Shown here: one piece after another, positions 1-11,335 of the stretch
Layout of the letters: the number at the start of each line of letters is the position of its first letter
Position numbering within the stretch: the stretch's first letter is position 1
DNA from: Candidatus Multivoradales bacterium
Lineage (GTDB): Bacteria > Acidobacteriota > Thermoanaerobaculia > Multivoradales > Multivoraceae
Reading direction: 5' to 3'
DNA: 64,000 nucleotides
NCBI GenBank assembly: GCA_965223325.1
Contig: CBDCWI010000002.1
Span: 3,616,001 to 3,680,000, forward strand
Translations under genes and position numbers: made by a program
The notes under the pieces: generated by a model
Database searches by the model: none
The model's input: the letters and a program-made list of their open reading frames with translations, nothing else
What the model was told of the DNA's origin: nothing

Positions 1-79
1 CAGCAAAACGCCGCCGCTGAAGCCAGCGAACCCCTTGTTCATGCGGTTCAGGGGTAAGGCCCGTCGTGCGTGCCTCGTC

Positions 80-126
80 TTGACGCTGGGCCCGGTGTCC
101 GCGATAATCGGACCGATCTGGTCCGA
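80..126 (+). promoter_or_regulatory. sigma70-type promoter of the suf operon overlapped by a palindromic operator
   Basis: TTGACG (80-85), 17 bp spacer, GATAAT (103-108); perfect inverted repeat TCGGACC-N5-GGTCCGA at 108-126 over the expected start site, upstream of an Rrf2 gene. Confidence 0.7.
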
Positions 127-253
127 ATTGGTTGTCTGAACCTGTAGCCCGTTCCAAGCTGCCCCTCTCCGCCGCCGAGGCGGAGGCCGCTCGAGCGCAG
201 CAGGGAGTGTTTCGGGTGACGCCGGTGGGACCACTGACCAGGGTGTTGGAACG

Positions 254-718
254 ATGATTCGCCTTACCAAACAAACCGACTACGGAATTGTGCTCCTCTG
301 CCGGCTCGCGAACTGCCCCGACGAGCGGTTGAACGCGCCCGAGCTCGCGCAGGCGACCCGCCTCCCCGCGCCGATGGTGTCGAAGATCCTCAAGTCGCTG
401 GCGCGTTCGGACGTGCTCGATTCCCAGCGCGGTTCGCGCGGTGGCTATCAACTCGCACGCCCGTCCGATGAGATCTCTGTCGCCGACATCATCGAGGCGC
501 TCGATGGGCCGATCGCGATGACCGAGTGCATCGAAGAAGGCCCCAACGAGTGCTCTCACGAAGCGTCTTGCCGGATTCGTGACAACTGGCAGGTCATCAA
601 CGGAGCGGTTCGCGGCGCGCTCGAAGGCATTCGCCTGTCGCAGATGGCACGCCCCGGGATCGTCCTCGATTCGGCGGCCGCCGGCGATGCCCTGGTTGCA
701 CTCGGCACGAACTCTTGA
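254..718 (+). CDS. Rrf2-family transcriptional regulator (SUF system regulator, IscR/SufR-like)
   Basis: MIRLTKQTDYG start, SQRGSRGGYQL wHTH motif, three C-terminal Cys (CIEEGPNECSHEASC); first gene of the suf operon. Confidence 0.9.
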   Translation: MIRLTKQTDYGIVLLCRLANCPDERLNAPELAQATRLPAPMVSKILKSLARSDVLDSQRGSRGGYQLARPSDEISVADIIEALDGPIAMTECIEEGPNECSHEASCRIRDNWQVINGAVRGALEGIRLSQMARPGIVLDSAAAGDALVALGTNS

Positions 719-843
719 CCGCGAGCCATCTCGACACCGAACGCCAACAAAAACACGTGACCGGGGCCCATCTGCGTGATGGGACTCGCCGCGGATGAAA
801 TAGGAAGCGCCGCACAGAGCACGGCGTGCCCAGGAGCTAGCCC

Positions 844-2292
<1,449 letters not shown>

Positions 2293-2408
2293 GCGTCACA
2301 GACTCCCGAACCAGACTTCTCTTCCAAGATCTCCGAAACGAAAAGACTCGAAAACCCCCACCCGGCTCGCTAGCCGTGACCTGCGGGGCCCATAGGAAAA
2401 CGATAGCC

Positions 2409-3155
2409 ATGCTCGACATTCAGAACCTGCACGCGTGCGTCGAAGACGCGGAAATCCTCAAGGGGGTCAACCTCGAAGTGAAAGCTGGCGAGGTTCACGC
2501 CATCATGGGGCCGAACGGTAGTGGCAAGAGCACCCTTGCTCAGCTCCTGGCCGGTCGCGATGCCTACGAAGTGACCGAAGGCGACATACTCTTCGACGGC
2601 GAGTCGCTTCTGGAGAAGGCGCCCGAAGAGCGCGCCCAGGAAGGCATTTTCCTGGCGTTTCAGTACCCCGTCGAAATTCCCGGCGTCAGCAACACCTACT
2701 TCTTGAAGGCTGCTCTCAACTCGATCCGCAAGGCGCGCGGCGAGAAGGAGTACAACGCGGCCGAGTTTCTCAAGCTGGTTCGCGAGCGCGTCTCGGTGGT
2801 TGATCTCGACCCGGCACTGATGAAGCGGCCTGTCAACGAAGGCTTCTCGGGCGGTGAGAAGAAGCGCAACGAGATCTTCCACATGAGCGTTCTCGAGCCT
2901 AGGCTCGCGATTCTCGACGAAACCGATTCCGGTCTCGACATCGATGCTCTGCGCACCGTTGCCAACGGCGTCAATTCGTTGCGCAGCCCCGACCGCGCGT
3001 TCCTCTTGATCACCCACTACCAGCGGCTGCTCGAGTACGTCGAGCCCGACTTCGTCCACGTGCTGGTCGACGGGTGCATCGTGCGTTCGGGCGGCAAGGA
3101 GCTGGCCCTCGAGCTCGAGGACAAGGGCTACGGTTGGCTCGAGGGAGCGGCCTAG
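2409..3155 (+). CDS. sufC: Fe-S cluster assembly ATPase SufC
   Basis: GPNGSGKST Walker A, FSGGEKKRNE, LDETDSGLDIDAL; ATG at 2409 chosen as start. Confidence 0.96.
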   Translation: MLDIQNLHACVEDAEILKGVNLEVKAGEVHAIMGPNGSGKSTLAQLLAGRDAYEVTEGDILFDGESLLEKAPEERAQEGIFLAFQYPVEIPGVSNTYFLKAALNSIRKARGEKEYNAAEFLKLVRERVSVVDLDPALMKRPVNEGFSGGEKKRNEIFHMSVLEPRLAILDETDSGLDIDALRTVANGVNSLRSPDRAFLLITHYQRLLEYVEPDFVHVLVDGCIVRSGGKELALELEDKGYGWLEGAA

Positions 3156-3157
3156 AT

Positions 3158-4534
3158 ATGACCGTTAGTGAAACCAGGAGCGGTGAGGTGGAGAGCCCCG
3201 CACCACCGCCGGCGCGGTACACCCAGCCGTTTCTCGATTGGGCGGCGCGGTACCAGCCCGCCAACGAGCCCGATCGCATCAAGAACCTGCGCGAGCTCGC
3301 GCTCGAGCACTTTCGGGCCACCGGCTTTCCCTCCATTCGCGACGAGGAGTGGAAGTTCACCAACGCAGCGCCGATCGCACGCATCGAGTGGTCTCCGGTA
3401 ACGAACGCCGACACCGCTCCCGAGGTTGCGCGGGCGCACTTTCTCGATGGCGCCGATCACCTGGTCTTTGTCAACGGAGTCCTTCGCCCGCAGCTTTCGT
3501 CAGTCGAAGTCAGCGAAGCGACGGTCGTGCCGCTCTCGAGTGCGATGGCAGGTGAAGTTGACACCGGCGACGCCCTTCTTTCGTTCGGAGAGCGCGCCCC
3601 CTACTCCATCGATGGTTTTGTGGCCCTCAACACGGCCTTGTGGACCGAGGGAGTGCTAGTCGACGTGCCGCCTGGCGCTGTGATCGAGCGCCCACTGCAT
3701 CTCTTGTTCCTGTCGACCGCCAGCTCCGAGACCCCAGAGGCGAGCTTTCCGCGCGTTCTGATTCGCGTGGGCGACAACGCGCACGCGACGATCGTCGAGA
3801 GTTTCGTAGGCCTGGACGACGAAGGCGCGGGGACCTATCTGACCTGTCCGGTCACCGAGATCACCGCTGGCAACGCATCGGTCGTCGATCACTACAAGGT
3901 GCAGAAGGAATCGCTCACTGGGCATCACATGGCCTGCCAACGCATCCATCTCGGGCGTTCTGCCAATTTCTCGTCCCATTCCATTCAGTGGGGCGGCAAG
4001 CTGGTGCGAACCGATGTCGTGGGCCACCTCGGCGGAGAAGGCACCACCTGCACGCTGAACGGGATCTACGTCCTGGCCGGCAAGCAGCACTCTGACAACC
4101 ACATGCGAGTCGAACATGCGGCGCCGCACTGCTTCAGCTACAACATGTACAAGGGCATTCTCGACGAGCGGGCGCGGGCGGTGTTTACCGGTCGCATCTT
4201 CGTCCACGAAGGGGCCCAGAAGACAGACGCCTTCCAGGACAACCGAAACCTTCTCTTGTCGCGCCACGCGCTCGTCAACAGCAATCCGCAGCTCGAGATC
4301 TTTGCCGACGACGTCAAGTGCTCGCACGGCTCGGCAACTGGCCAGATCGACGAGGAGGCGATGTTCTACCTCCGCTCGCGTGGCATCGAAGAGACCGCCG
4401 CCAAGAGCCTCTTGACCTACGCCTTTGCACGTGAGTTCGTCGACCGGGTCAAGCTCGATGTTCTACGTCGCGACCTCGACGACTTTCTGTTCTCACGCCT
4501 GCCGGGGGGCGAGATCGTGCGCCAGGCAACCTGA
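3158..4534 (+). CDS. sufD: Fe-S cluster assembly protein SufD
   Basis: EEWKFT, PQLEIFADDVKCSHG, FYLRSRGI; ATG at 3158, just after the sufC stop. Confidence 0.95.
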   Translation: MTVSETRSGEVESPAPPPARYTQPFLDWAARYQPANEPDRIKNLRELALEHFRATGFPSIRDEEWKFTNAAPIARIEWSPVTNADTAPEVARAHFLDGADHLVFVNGVLRPQLSSVEVSEATVVPLSSAMAGEVDTGDALLSFGERAPYSIDGFVALNTALWTEGVLVDVPPGAVIERPLHLLFLSTASSETPEASFPRVLIRVGDNAHATIVESFVGLDDEGAGTYLTCPVTEITAGNASVVDHYKVQKESLTGHHMACQRIHLGRSANFSSHSIQWGGKLVRTDVVGHLGGEGTTCTLNGIYVLAGKQHSDNHMRVEHAAPHCFSYNMYKGILDERARAVFTGRIFVHEGAQKTDAFQDNRNLLLSRHALVNSNPQLEIFADDVKCSHGSATGQIDEEAMFYLRSRGIEETAAKSLLTYAFAREFVDRVKLDVLRRDLDDFLFSRLPGGEIVRQAT

Positions 4535-4568
4535 GAAAGGCCCTGGCACGCCGCCTTCTCAATACCCA

Positions 4569-5834
4569 ATGGCTACCACCGCCCAGCATCCGCCAGCTTC
4601 TAGAGGCGAAGCACCAATCGACACGCAGGCGGTGCGCGCAGACTTCCCGGCTCTTGCTCGCGAGATTGGCGGCCAGCCGGTGGCCTACCTCGACAACGCC
4701 GCGTCATCGCACCGTCCGCGGGCGGTGCTCGATGCCGAACGTCGTTGCTATGAGTACTACTGGTCGAACGTGCACCGCGGGGTGCACACCATGTCGCAAG
4801 AGGCGACCGAAGCCTACGAGGGTGCCAGGGGAGTGGTTGCCGGCTTCATCGGCGCGCCAGGAGAGCACGAGATCGTCTTCGTTCGGGGCACGACCGAAGG
4901 GGTGAATCTCGCCGCCTGGTCGTGGGGGCGGGCGAACCTCACAGCCGGTGATGAGATTCTGGTGACCGAGCTCGAGCACCACTCGAATTTCGTACCCTGG
5001 CAGCTGCTCTGTGAACAGACCGGAGCCGCACTAAAGGTTGTCTCGGTCGATGCTCACGGCGACATCGACCGCGATTCCTTCGAAGAGCTCCTCAACCAAC
5101 GTACCCGCCTGGTGGCGATTGCTCACGTCTCCAACGTGCTGGGAACCGTCGTTCCAATCGCCGAGTTCGCAGAACGCGCTCACGCGGTCGGGGCGCTGGT
5201 GTTCGTTGACGGTGCGCAAGCAACGCCTCACCTGCCAGTGGATGTCCATGCTTCGGGTGCCGACTTCTACACCTTCTCCGGGCACAAGATGTTTGGCCCG
5301 GGCGGCATCGGCGTCCTCTGGGCCAGATCAGATCTGTTCGCTCAGATGCCGCCCTGGCAGAGCGGTGGTGGCATGATCGAGCGCGTTTCGGCTGGCGGCA
5401 CGAGCTTCATGAAGGCGCCCTGGCGCTTCGAGGCGGGCACCCCGAACATTGCGGGTGCCGTGGGCCTCGGTGCCGCCTGTTCGTACCTCGAGGCACTCGG
5501 GATGGAGAACATAAGGGCCCGCGAGGCCGAGCTCCTGCGCTATGCCACCCAAGGACTTTCTCGCGTCGATGGGGTCGAGTTGCACGGGCAGGGCGGCGGC
5601 CCACGGGCCTCGGTGCTGTCGTTCGCTCTCGACGGCGTCCATCCGCACGACATGGGCACCGTTCTCGACCAGCGCGGCGTAGCCATTCGCGTGGGCCATC
5701 ACTGTGCGCAGCCGCTGATGAAGCGTTTGGGTGTCCCGGCAACGGCGCGCGCGTCGTTCGCTTTCTACAACACCGAAGCCGAGATCGATCGCCTGGTCCA
5801 GGGCGTCGAGGCAACGCGTGAGCTCTTTGGCTGA
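4569..5834 (+). CDS. sufS: Cysteine desulfurase SufS
   Basis: YLDNAASS, NVHRGVH, FSGHKMFGP (PLP Lys), RVGHHCAQP class II motif. Confidence 0.95.
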   Translation: MATTAQHPPASRGEAPIDTQAVRADFPALAREIGGQPVAYLDNAASSHRPRAVLDAERRCYEYYWSNVHRGVHTMSQEATEAYEGARGVVAGFIGAPGEHEIVFVRGTTEGVNLAAWSWGRANLTAGDEILVTELEHHSNFVPWQLLCEQTGAALKVVSVDAHGDIDRDSFEELLNQRTRLVAIAHVSNVLGTVVPIAEFAERAHAVGALVFVDGAQATPHLPVDVHASGADFYTFSGHKMFGPGGIGVLWARSDLFAQMPPWQSGGGMIERVSAGGTSFMKAPWRFEAGTPNIAGAVGLGAACSYLEALGMENIRAREAELLRYATQGLSRVDGVELHGQGGGPRASVLSFALDGVHPHDMGTVLDQRGVAIRVGHHCAQPLMKRLGVPATARASFAFYNTEAEIDRLVQGVEATRELFG

Positions 5835-5858
5835 GAGCCCCCGAGTACCCCTAGGAAC

Positions 5859-6344
5859 ATGTCCGACGATCTACGCTCGCTGTACCAGGAAGTCATCCTC
5901 GATCACTACCGGAATCCGCGTCACTTCGGTGCGCTCGACGGTCGCGTTCGCCGGGTGGAGGGCTACAATCCCCTCTGTGGTGACCAGGTCACGATCTATG
6001 TCCGTACAGATGGTGAACGCATCGAGGAGATCGCCTTCGAGGGCGAGGGCTGTGCGATCTCGACCGCCTCGGCCTCGATGATGGCCGAAGCGACCTCAGG
6101 GCTCACGGTTGCTGAAACCGAAAGGCTCCAGGAGCTCTTCCATGAGCTTCTAACCGGCGACGGTGAAGAAGAGAACGAGGGCGACGGCCTGCTCGACGGC
6201 GAGCTCGGGCAGCTCGAGGTGCTACGCGGCGTGCGTGCCTATCCGATGCGCGTCAAGTGCGCCACCCTGGCCTGGCACGCGCTCAAGGCAGCGTTGGCGG
6301 GCGACGACCAGGAGGTCGATGGCGGAGTGGTGAGCACGGAATGA
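5859..6344 (+). CDS. sufU: SUF system NifU-family protein SufU
   Basis: LYQEVILDHYRNPR, NPLCGD, GCAISTASAS, RVKCATLAW. Confidence 0.93.
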   Translation: MSDDLRSLYQEVILDHYRNPRHFGALDGRVRRVEGYNPLCGDQVTIYVRTDGERIEEIAFEGEGCAISTASASMMAEATSGLTVAETERLQELFHELLTGDGEEENEGDGLLDGELGQLEVLRGVRAYPMRVKCATLAWHALKAALAGDDQEVDGGVVSTE

Positions 6345-6363
6345 GTTCACGAGGAAAGAAGAG

Positions 6364-6714
6364 ATGAGTCAGGAACCAGAAACAGCGACCGAAACGGTCG
6401 ATGCCGACCCGGGGACGCTCGGCGAGCGCATCGTCGAGGCGCTGTGCACGATCTTCGACCCCGAGATTCCGGTCAACATCTACGAGCTCGGTTTGATCTA
6501 CGACGTCGGCATCGACGATGACCAGAACGTCGCCGTCAAGATGACCCTCACCTCGCCGCACTGTCCCGTCGCCGAGACGCTACCCGGCGACGTCGAACGA
6601 ACCGTCGCTCGAGTCCCCGGAGTTGAAACGGCCAAGGTCGAAGTGGTCTGGGACCCGGCCTGGAACCCCGACATGATGAGCGAAGCGGCGAAGCTGGAAC
6701 TCGGGTTCTTTTAG
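6364..6714 (+). CDS. sufT: DUF59/SufT-like Fe-S assembly protein
   Basis: DPEIPVNIYELGLIY, MTLTSPHCPVA, WDPAWNPDMMSEAAKLELG. Confidence 0.88.
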   Translation: MSQEPETATETVDADPGTLGERIVEALCTIFDPEIPVNIYELGLIYDVGIDDDQNVAVKMTLTSPHCPVAETLPGDVERTVARVPGVETAKVEVVWDPAWNPDMMSEAAKLELGFF

Positions 6715-7919
6715 TGTGACCCGTGGTTTACGGCCTTTGTGAGCGTGCCTCGTTTTGGTAGGCGGTGCGGTTGGAGTGGCGACCTTTCGTCGGTGTTTGG
6801 TCGTTACCACGGGTCACACTAAAGTCACTCTTGCGGCGCAAGCGGTGCGTTGCGTGGGCCGCGTTCACGGGTGCTCGCCCTGATCTTGCGGTTGTGGTTT
6901 GCGGTGGTCCGTCGCGCGCCGCGGATTCGCGGCTTCGTTGGAGCCGTTTGTGTTGCCGTGTTTCGCAACTTGAATCGGTGGTTCGTGGCGTTTTCTGGCC
7001 TTTTGTGAGCGTGCCTCGTTTTGGTAGGCGGTGCGGTTGGAGTGGCGACCTTTCGTCGGTGTTTGGTCGTTACCACGGGTCACACTAAAGTCACTCTTGC
7101 GGCGCAAGCGGTGCGTTGCGTGGGCCGCGTTCACGGGTGCTCGCCCTGATCTTGCGGTTGTGGTTTGCGGTGGTCCGTCGCGCGCCGCGGATTCGCGGCT
7201 TCGTTGGAGCCGTTTGTGTTGCCGTGTTTCGCAACTTGAATCGGTGGTTCGTGGCGTTTTCTGGCCTTTTGTGAGCGTGCCTCGTTTTGGTAGGCGGTGC
7301 GGTTGGAGTGGCGACCTTTCGTCGGTGTTTGGTCGTTACCACGGGTCACACTAAAGTCACTCTTGCGGCGCAAGCGGTGCGTTGCGTGGGCCGCGTTCAC
7401 GGGTGCTCGCCCTGATCTTGCGGTTGGGGTTTGCGGTGGTCCGTCGCGCGCCGCGGATTCGCGGCTTCGTTGGAGCCGTTTGTGTTGCCGTGTTTCGCAA
7501 CTTGAATCGGTGGTTCGTGGCGTTTTACGGCCTTTGTGAGCGTGCCTCGTTTTGGTAGGCGGTGCGGTTGGAGTGGCGACCTTTCGTCGGTGTTTGGTCG
7601 TTACCACGGGTCACACTAAAGTCACTCTTGCGGCGCAAGCGGTGCGTTTGCGTGGGCCGCGTTCACGGGTGCTCGCCCTGATCTTGCGGTTGGGGTTTGC
7701 GGTGGTCCGTCGCGCGCCGCGGATTCGCGGCTTCGTTGGAGCCGTTTGTGTTGCCGTGTTTCGCAACTTGAATCGGTGGTTCGTGGCGTTTTCTGGCCTT
7801 TTGTGAGCGTGCCTCGTTTTGGTAGGCGGTGCGGTTGGAGTTGTGAGTACTCGCCCCTGATCTTGCGGTTGGGGTCTGCGGCGGTCCGTTGCGCGCCGCG
7901 GAGTCGCGGCTTCGATGGA
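6710..7919. repeat. Tandem array of ~266 bp non-coding units (4 full copies plus an internally deleted, diverged fifth)
   Basis: GAGCGTGCCTCGTTTTGGTAGG recurs at 6741, 7007, 7273, 7538, 7805 (periods 266, 266, 265, 267); 18 bp inverted repeat at 6710-6727 vs 6806-6823. Confidence 0.95.
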
Positions 7920-8017
7920 TCTTCGGGTCCGGAACAGAACTGCAGGAGCCGGACAGTTGCTGTCGTTCGCGCTCGTTGAACCGACGCCAGGTCGATGGCT
8001 GAGCTGGTACTGGTTCC

Positions 8018-9139
8018 CTACGGTGACTCACCCTTTGCGGCGCGGGCCTCTTCCTCCAAGAGCCTTGCTCCGCGCATGATTCCACCCATGGCGTAATTGC
8101 CTTCGTGACAGGCGTACTCGAAGACTTTGTTGTCGGTGCGGGGCCAGATGAAGTCACCGCTCCAGGTTCCGGTGCGTACGCCACCCTCGTCGACGGTGAA
8201 CTCGTAGTGCAGGGTGTCCTCGTCCCAGCGGGTAAAGCGCTCGACGACGTGTAGATCGTCACGGTTGGTTCCTGCGCCGATGGGAGTCAGGAAGTTGGTG
8301 GTGTCGACTACCAGGGTGTCCCCTTCCCAGTGACCCACCGAGTCGCCCCACCACTTCCGTACTTCGGCCGGCGGGTGCTCTCCGCCGATGCGCACGACCC
8401 GAACGTCGTGAACCATCTCGTTGAGGATGAGAACGTGGTTGTCGGTTTGCACGATGCGCTTGAAGTTGTTGTAGAGCGACGGCAGGGCTGGGACAGTCGA
8501 GGCGAAGCTCATCAGGCAGCGCTCGGCGAATGGTCGCATCTCGATGTCGTCGTACGGCCCGGGACCTTCCTTGTCGAGCCAGAAGGCGGTGCCGTCGTTG
8601 GGCTCGAAGAGGCCGATCTTGCGTAGCTTCATCCTCGAAGCCAGCGCTTCTTTTGTCAGCGGTGGCTTGCGGCCATTCTCAGGACTTGTCAGGATCGAGG
8701 TGCGGAAGCGCCCGTCGATCTCGATCACCGAGTCGCCACGATCGACCCAGAAGCTGTTGTAGCCACCGACGTTGCCGGCACCCAGAGTCTCGCGCTGCTC
8801 ATCGGCGAAGCCCACCGGCGCTGCGCCACCCTCCTCGGGTGCCTCGCGGTTCGGATCACTGGCCTTCGATCCCGCCTCGATGACGTCGAGCCACTCCCTC
8901 TCGACCGCTTCAGCCTCTTCCCTGGTCAGATAGAGGTTGTTGCCGAACTTCTGGGGTCGCTCGAGCGGTGTCAGCGTCTTGAGGTCGTAGGTGCCCGAAA
9001 GATCGGGACGTCCGTTTGCCAGACGGGGCACTGAGTCGCCCTCTTGGGCGCCGGACAGGAGCGGAAAGAGCATCGCCAAGGCGGCCAGGGTGAGAACGGC
9101 GCTGAGGTGAGTCGGCAGTCTTGCGGTGAGTCCTGACAT
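8018..9139 (-). CDS. Secreted hypothetical protein
   Basis: Signal peptide, PRLANGRPDLSGTY, GDSVGHWEGDTLVVDTTNF and YACHEGN motifs typical of an uncharacterised family common in Acidobacteria. Confidence 0.8.
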   Translation of the reverse strand: MSGLTARLPTHLSAVLTLAALAMLFPLLSGAQEGDSVPRLANGRPDLSGTYDLKTLTPLERPQKFGNNLYLTREEAEAVEREWLDVIEAGSKASDPNREAPEEGGAAPVGFADEQRETLGAGNVGGYNSFWVDRGDSVIEIDGRFRTSILTSPENGRKPPLTKEALASRMKLRKIGLFEPNDGTAFWLDKEGPGPYDDIEMRPFAERCLMSFASTVPALPSLYNNFKRIVQTDNHVLILNEMVHDVRVVRIGGEHPPAEVRKWWGDSVGHWEGDTLVVDTTNFLTPIGAGTNRDDLHVVERFTRWDEDTLHYEFTVDEGGVRTGTWSGDFIWPRTDNKVFEYACHEGNYAMGGIMRGARLLEEEARAAKGESP

Positions 9140-9326
9140 AGCGTGTCGCCTCCCAGAAGTTGTCTCGGCATGATAGCTGGCTGCCGCGGATGCCAGAAAA
9201 CGCTCGCACGGGGTTGGATCCTGAGAGGCCTTTTGGCGTTCTAGGGCCCCTTGTCGCTATGATTCGGGTCGTAGCGACGCCAGGGAGGTGTCGCGCTTCT
9301 CCTTGATTTCACAGGGGTTTCCTGCG

Positions 9327-9860
9327 ATGACCAACCCTACAATCAGCCCGCGAGGGCAGGTGCTCCTGGCCCTCTCGGTGGCGGTGCTCTCAACCTGCCT
9401 TCCTGCCGCCGCGGAGGATGAGCCGGTGCGTAACGCCCGCTACCCAGCCGAGGGGATTCTCTTCGGCGGCCAGCCCAGCGAAGCCGAGATGACCCAGCTC
9501 ATCGACAAGGGCTACAAGACGGTCATCGACCTGCGTATGCCGTCCGAAGACCGTGGCTTCGACCAAGCAGCTCTGCTGTCCTCTCTAGGGGTTGCCTACC
9601 AGCCCTTGCCGGTCAATGGAACGGCGCTCGAGGTACCCAGAACTTACGAGCGCTTCTTCGAGCTGCTCGTCGATGCCGAGCGTCCTGTCCTGGTGCACTG
9701 CGCTTCCGGCAATCGGGTTGGTGCCCTCTGGTACGCCTGGTTGGCGGGACACGAGGGGGTCAGTCGGGACGAAGCACTGGCCGAAGCGCGCAAACAGGGT
9801 CTGCGCAGCGATCAGCTGGTGAAGGCGGTCGACGGCTGGTTGCAGTCGCGCGAGCCGTAG
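9327..9860 (+). CDS. Exported DUF442/PTP-like (sulfurtransferase/phosphatase) protein
   Basis: Signal peptide, GGQPS, TVIDLR, VLVHCASGNR (CX5R P-loop). Confidence 0.8.
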   Translation: MTNPTISPRGQVLLALSVAVLSTCLPAAAEDEPVRNARYPAEGILFGGQPSEAEMTQLIDKGYKTVIDLRMPSEDRGFDQAALLSSLGVAYQPLPVNGTALEVPRTYERFFELLVDAERPVLVHCASGNRVGALWYAWLAGHEGVSRDEALAEARKQGLRSDQLVKAVDGWLQSREP

Positions 9861-9981
9861 AAAGTGTGGGACGACCCCGATTTTCTCTTGAACTCTATTG
9901 AAATCTTCTCGAAGAACATTTTCGAATCGAGTCTCGTGACCGCCTCCGCGGCGCCGCGGGACCCTTGAGGTGAACCCATAG

Positions 9982-11322
9982 ATGCGAGTCCTGGTGATCG
10001 GAAGCGGCGGGCGGGAACATGCCCTGGTCTGGAAACTGAAACAGAGCCCTCGGGTGACCGAGGTCTATGCGGCGCCGGGAAACCCGGGGATCGCCGCCCT
10101 GGCTGACTGCGTTCCCATTGCACCGGACGAGGTCCAGGCGCTGGCTGACTTTGCCACCGAGCTCAAGATCGACCTCACCGTCGTGGGGCCCGAATTACCC
10201 CTGTCTCTGGGGGTCGTCGACGACTTCCAAAGCCGCGGCCTCTTGGTCTTCGGCCCTCGTCAGGCGGCGGCGCAGCTCGAGAGCTCGAAGCTGTTTGCCA
10301 AGGAGTTCATGCTCCGCCACGGCATTCCAACGGCGCGTTCGGAAGTCGCCAACGATGCCGATGAGGCCCGTGCGTTTGGGCGAAAGTTGGGGTTCCCGGT
10401 GGTCTTGAAGGCCGACGGCCTGGCGGCGGGAAAAGGGGTGATCATCGCCACCGACAAGAAGGAGCTCGACGCGGCGATCACGGTCTTCTTCGACGAGCGG
10501 CGTTTCGGAACCAGTGGCGACACGGTGCTGGTCGAGGAGTTCCTCGAAGGCGAAGAGGTTTCGTTCATGGGGCTATCCGACGGTCGCCGCATTTTGCCGA
10601 TGGCGACCGCCAAAGACTACAAGCGCCTCGGTGACGGTGACGTCGGCCCGAACACCGGTGGTATGGGCGCGCACACGCCGGCGGGGGTGATTGGTGGTAC
10701 CTCGGTCGCGGCGATCCTCGAGCAGGTCATGATGCCGACGGTCGGTGGCATGGCCGAAGAAGACACACCATTTGTGGGCGTGCTCTACGCTGGGTTGATG
10801 CTGACCGCAGACGGGCCGAAGGTGCTCGAGTTCAATACTCGCTTCGGCGATCCCGAGTGTCAGCCGCTCCTGATGCGTCTCGAAAGCGACCTGGCGGAGA
10901 TCCTGGAGGCGGGAGCTCAGGGAGATTTCGGCTCGCTAGGCATCGAGTTCGCGCGCCAGGCGGCGTCGAGTGTCGTGCTCGCGTCCCGGGGCTATCCGGA
11001 GAAGCCGGTGAGCGGCGAGGTCATCGAGGGTCTCGAAGCAGCGGCAGCCCACGAGGGCGTGCAGGTTTTCCATGCCGGCACCAGGGAGGAAAACGGCAAA
11101 GTCGTCTCCAGCGGTGGGCGCGTACTCAACGTCTGTGCAACTGGGTTCGACCTGCGCGATGCACTGCGCAACGCCTACCAGGCTGCGACCGAGATCAAGT
11201 GGCCATCCAAGATTCTGCGCACCGATATCGGCCGGCGAGTGATCGAGCACCACCACGCCATCAATCAAACCGGCGACGTCAACAAAGATGCACTGCGTGA
11301 TGCGCTGAAGAAGAAGGCGTGA
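9982..11322 (+). CDS. purD: Phosphoribosylamine--glycine ligase
   Basis: MRVLVIGSGGREHAL, KADGLAAGKGV, GPNTGGMGA, EFNTRFGDPE. Confidence 0.97.
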   Translation: MRVLVIGSGGREHALVWKLKQSPRVTEVYAAPGNPGIAALADCVPIAPDEVQALADFATELKIDLTVVGPELPLSLGVVDDFQSRGLLVFGPRQAAAQLESSKLFAKEFMLRHGIPTARSEVANDADEARAFGRKLGFPVVLKADGLAAGKGVIIATDKKELDAAITVFFDERRFGTSGDTVLVEEFLEGEEVSFMGLSDGRRILPMATAKDYKRLGDGDVGPNTGGMGAHTPAGVIGGTSVAAILEQVMMPTVGGMAEEDTPFVGVLYAGLMLTADGPKVLEFNTRFGDPECQPLLMRLESDLAEILEAGAQGDFGSLGIEFARQAASSVVLASRGYPEKPVSGEVIEGLEAAAAHEGVQVFHAGTREENGKVVSSGGRVLNVCATGFDLRDALRNAYQAATEIKWPSKILRTDIGRRVIEHHHAINQTGDVNKDALRDALKKKA

Positions 11323-11335
11323 GCAGGCGGCGCTC

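Noticed and set aside
6710-7919. CRISPR array or repeated small ORFs (107 aa and 83 aa)
   Set aside because: No unique spacers and no cas genes; the period is not divisible by 3; the ORFs are low-complexity by-products of the repeat
9881-9935. AT-rich patch with CGAA-N7-TTCG upstream of purD as an operator or riboswitch
   Set aside because: The dyad is too short, with no recognisable riboswitch core; probably only promoter DNA
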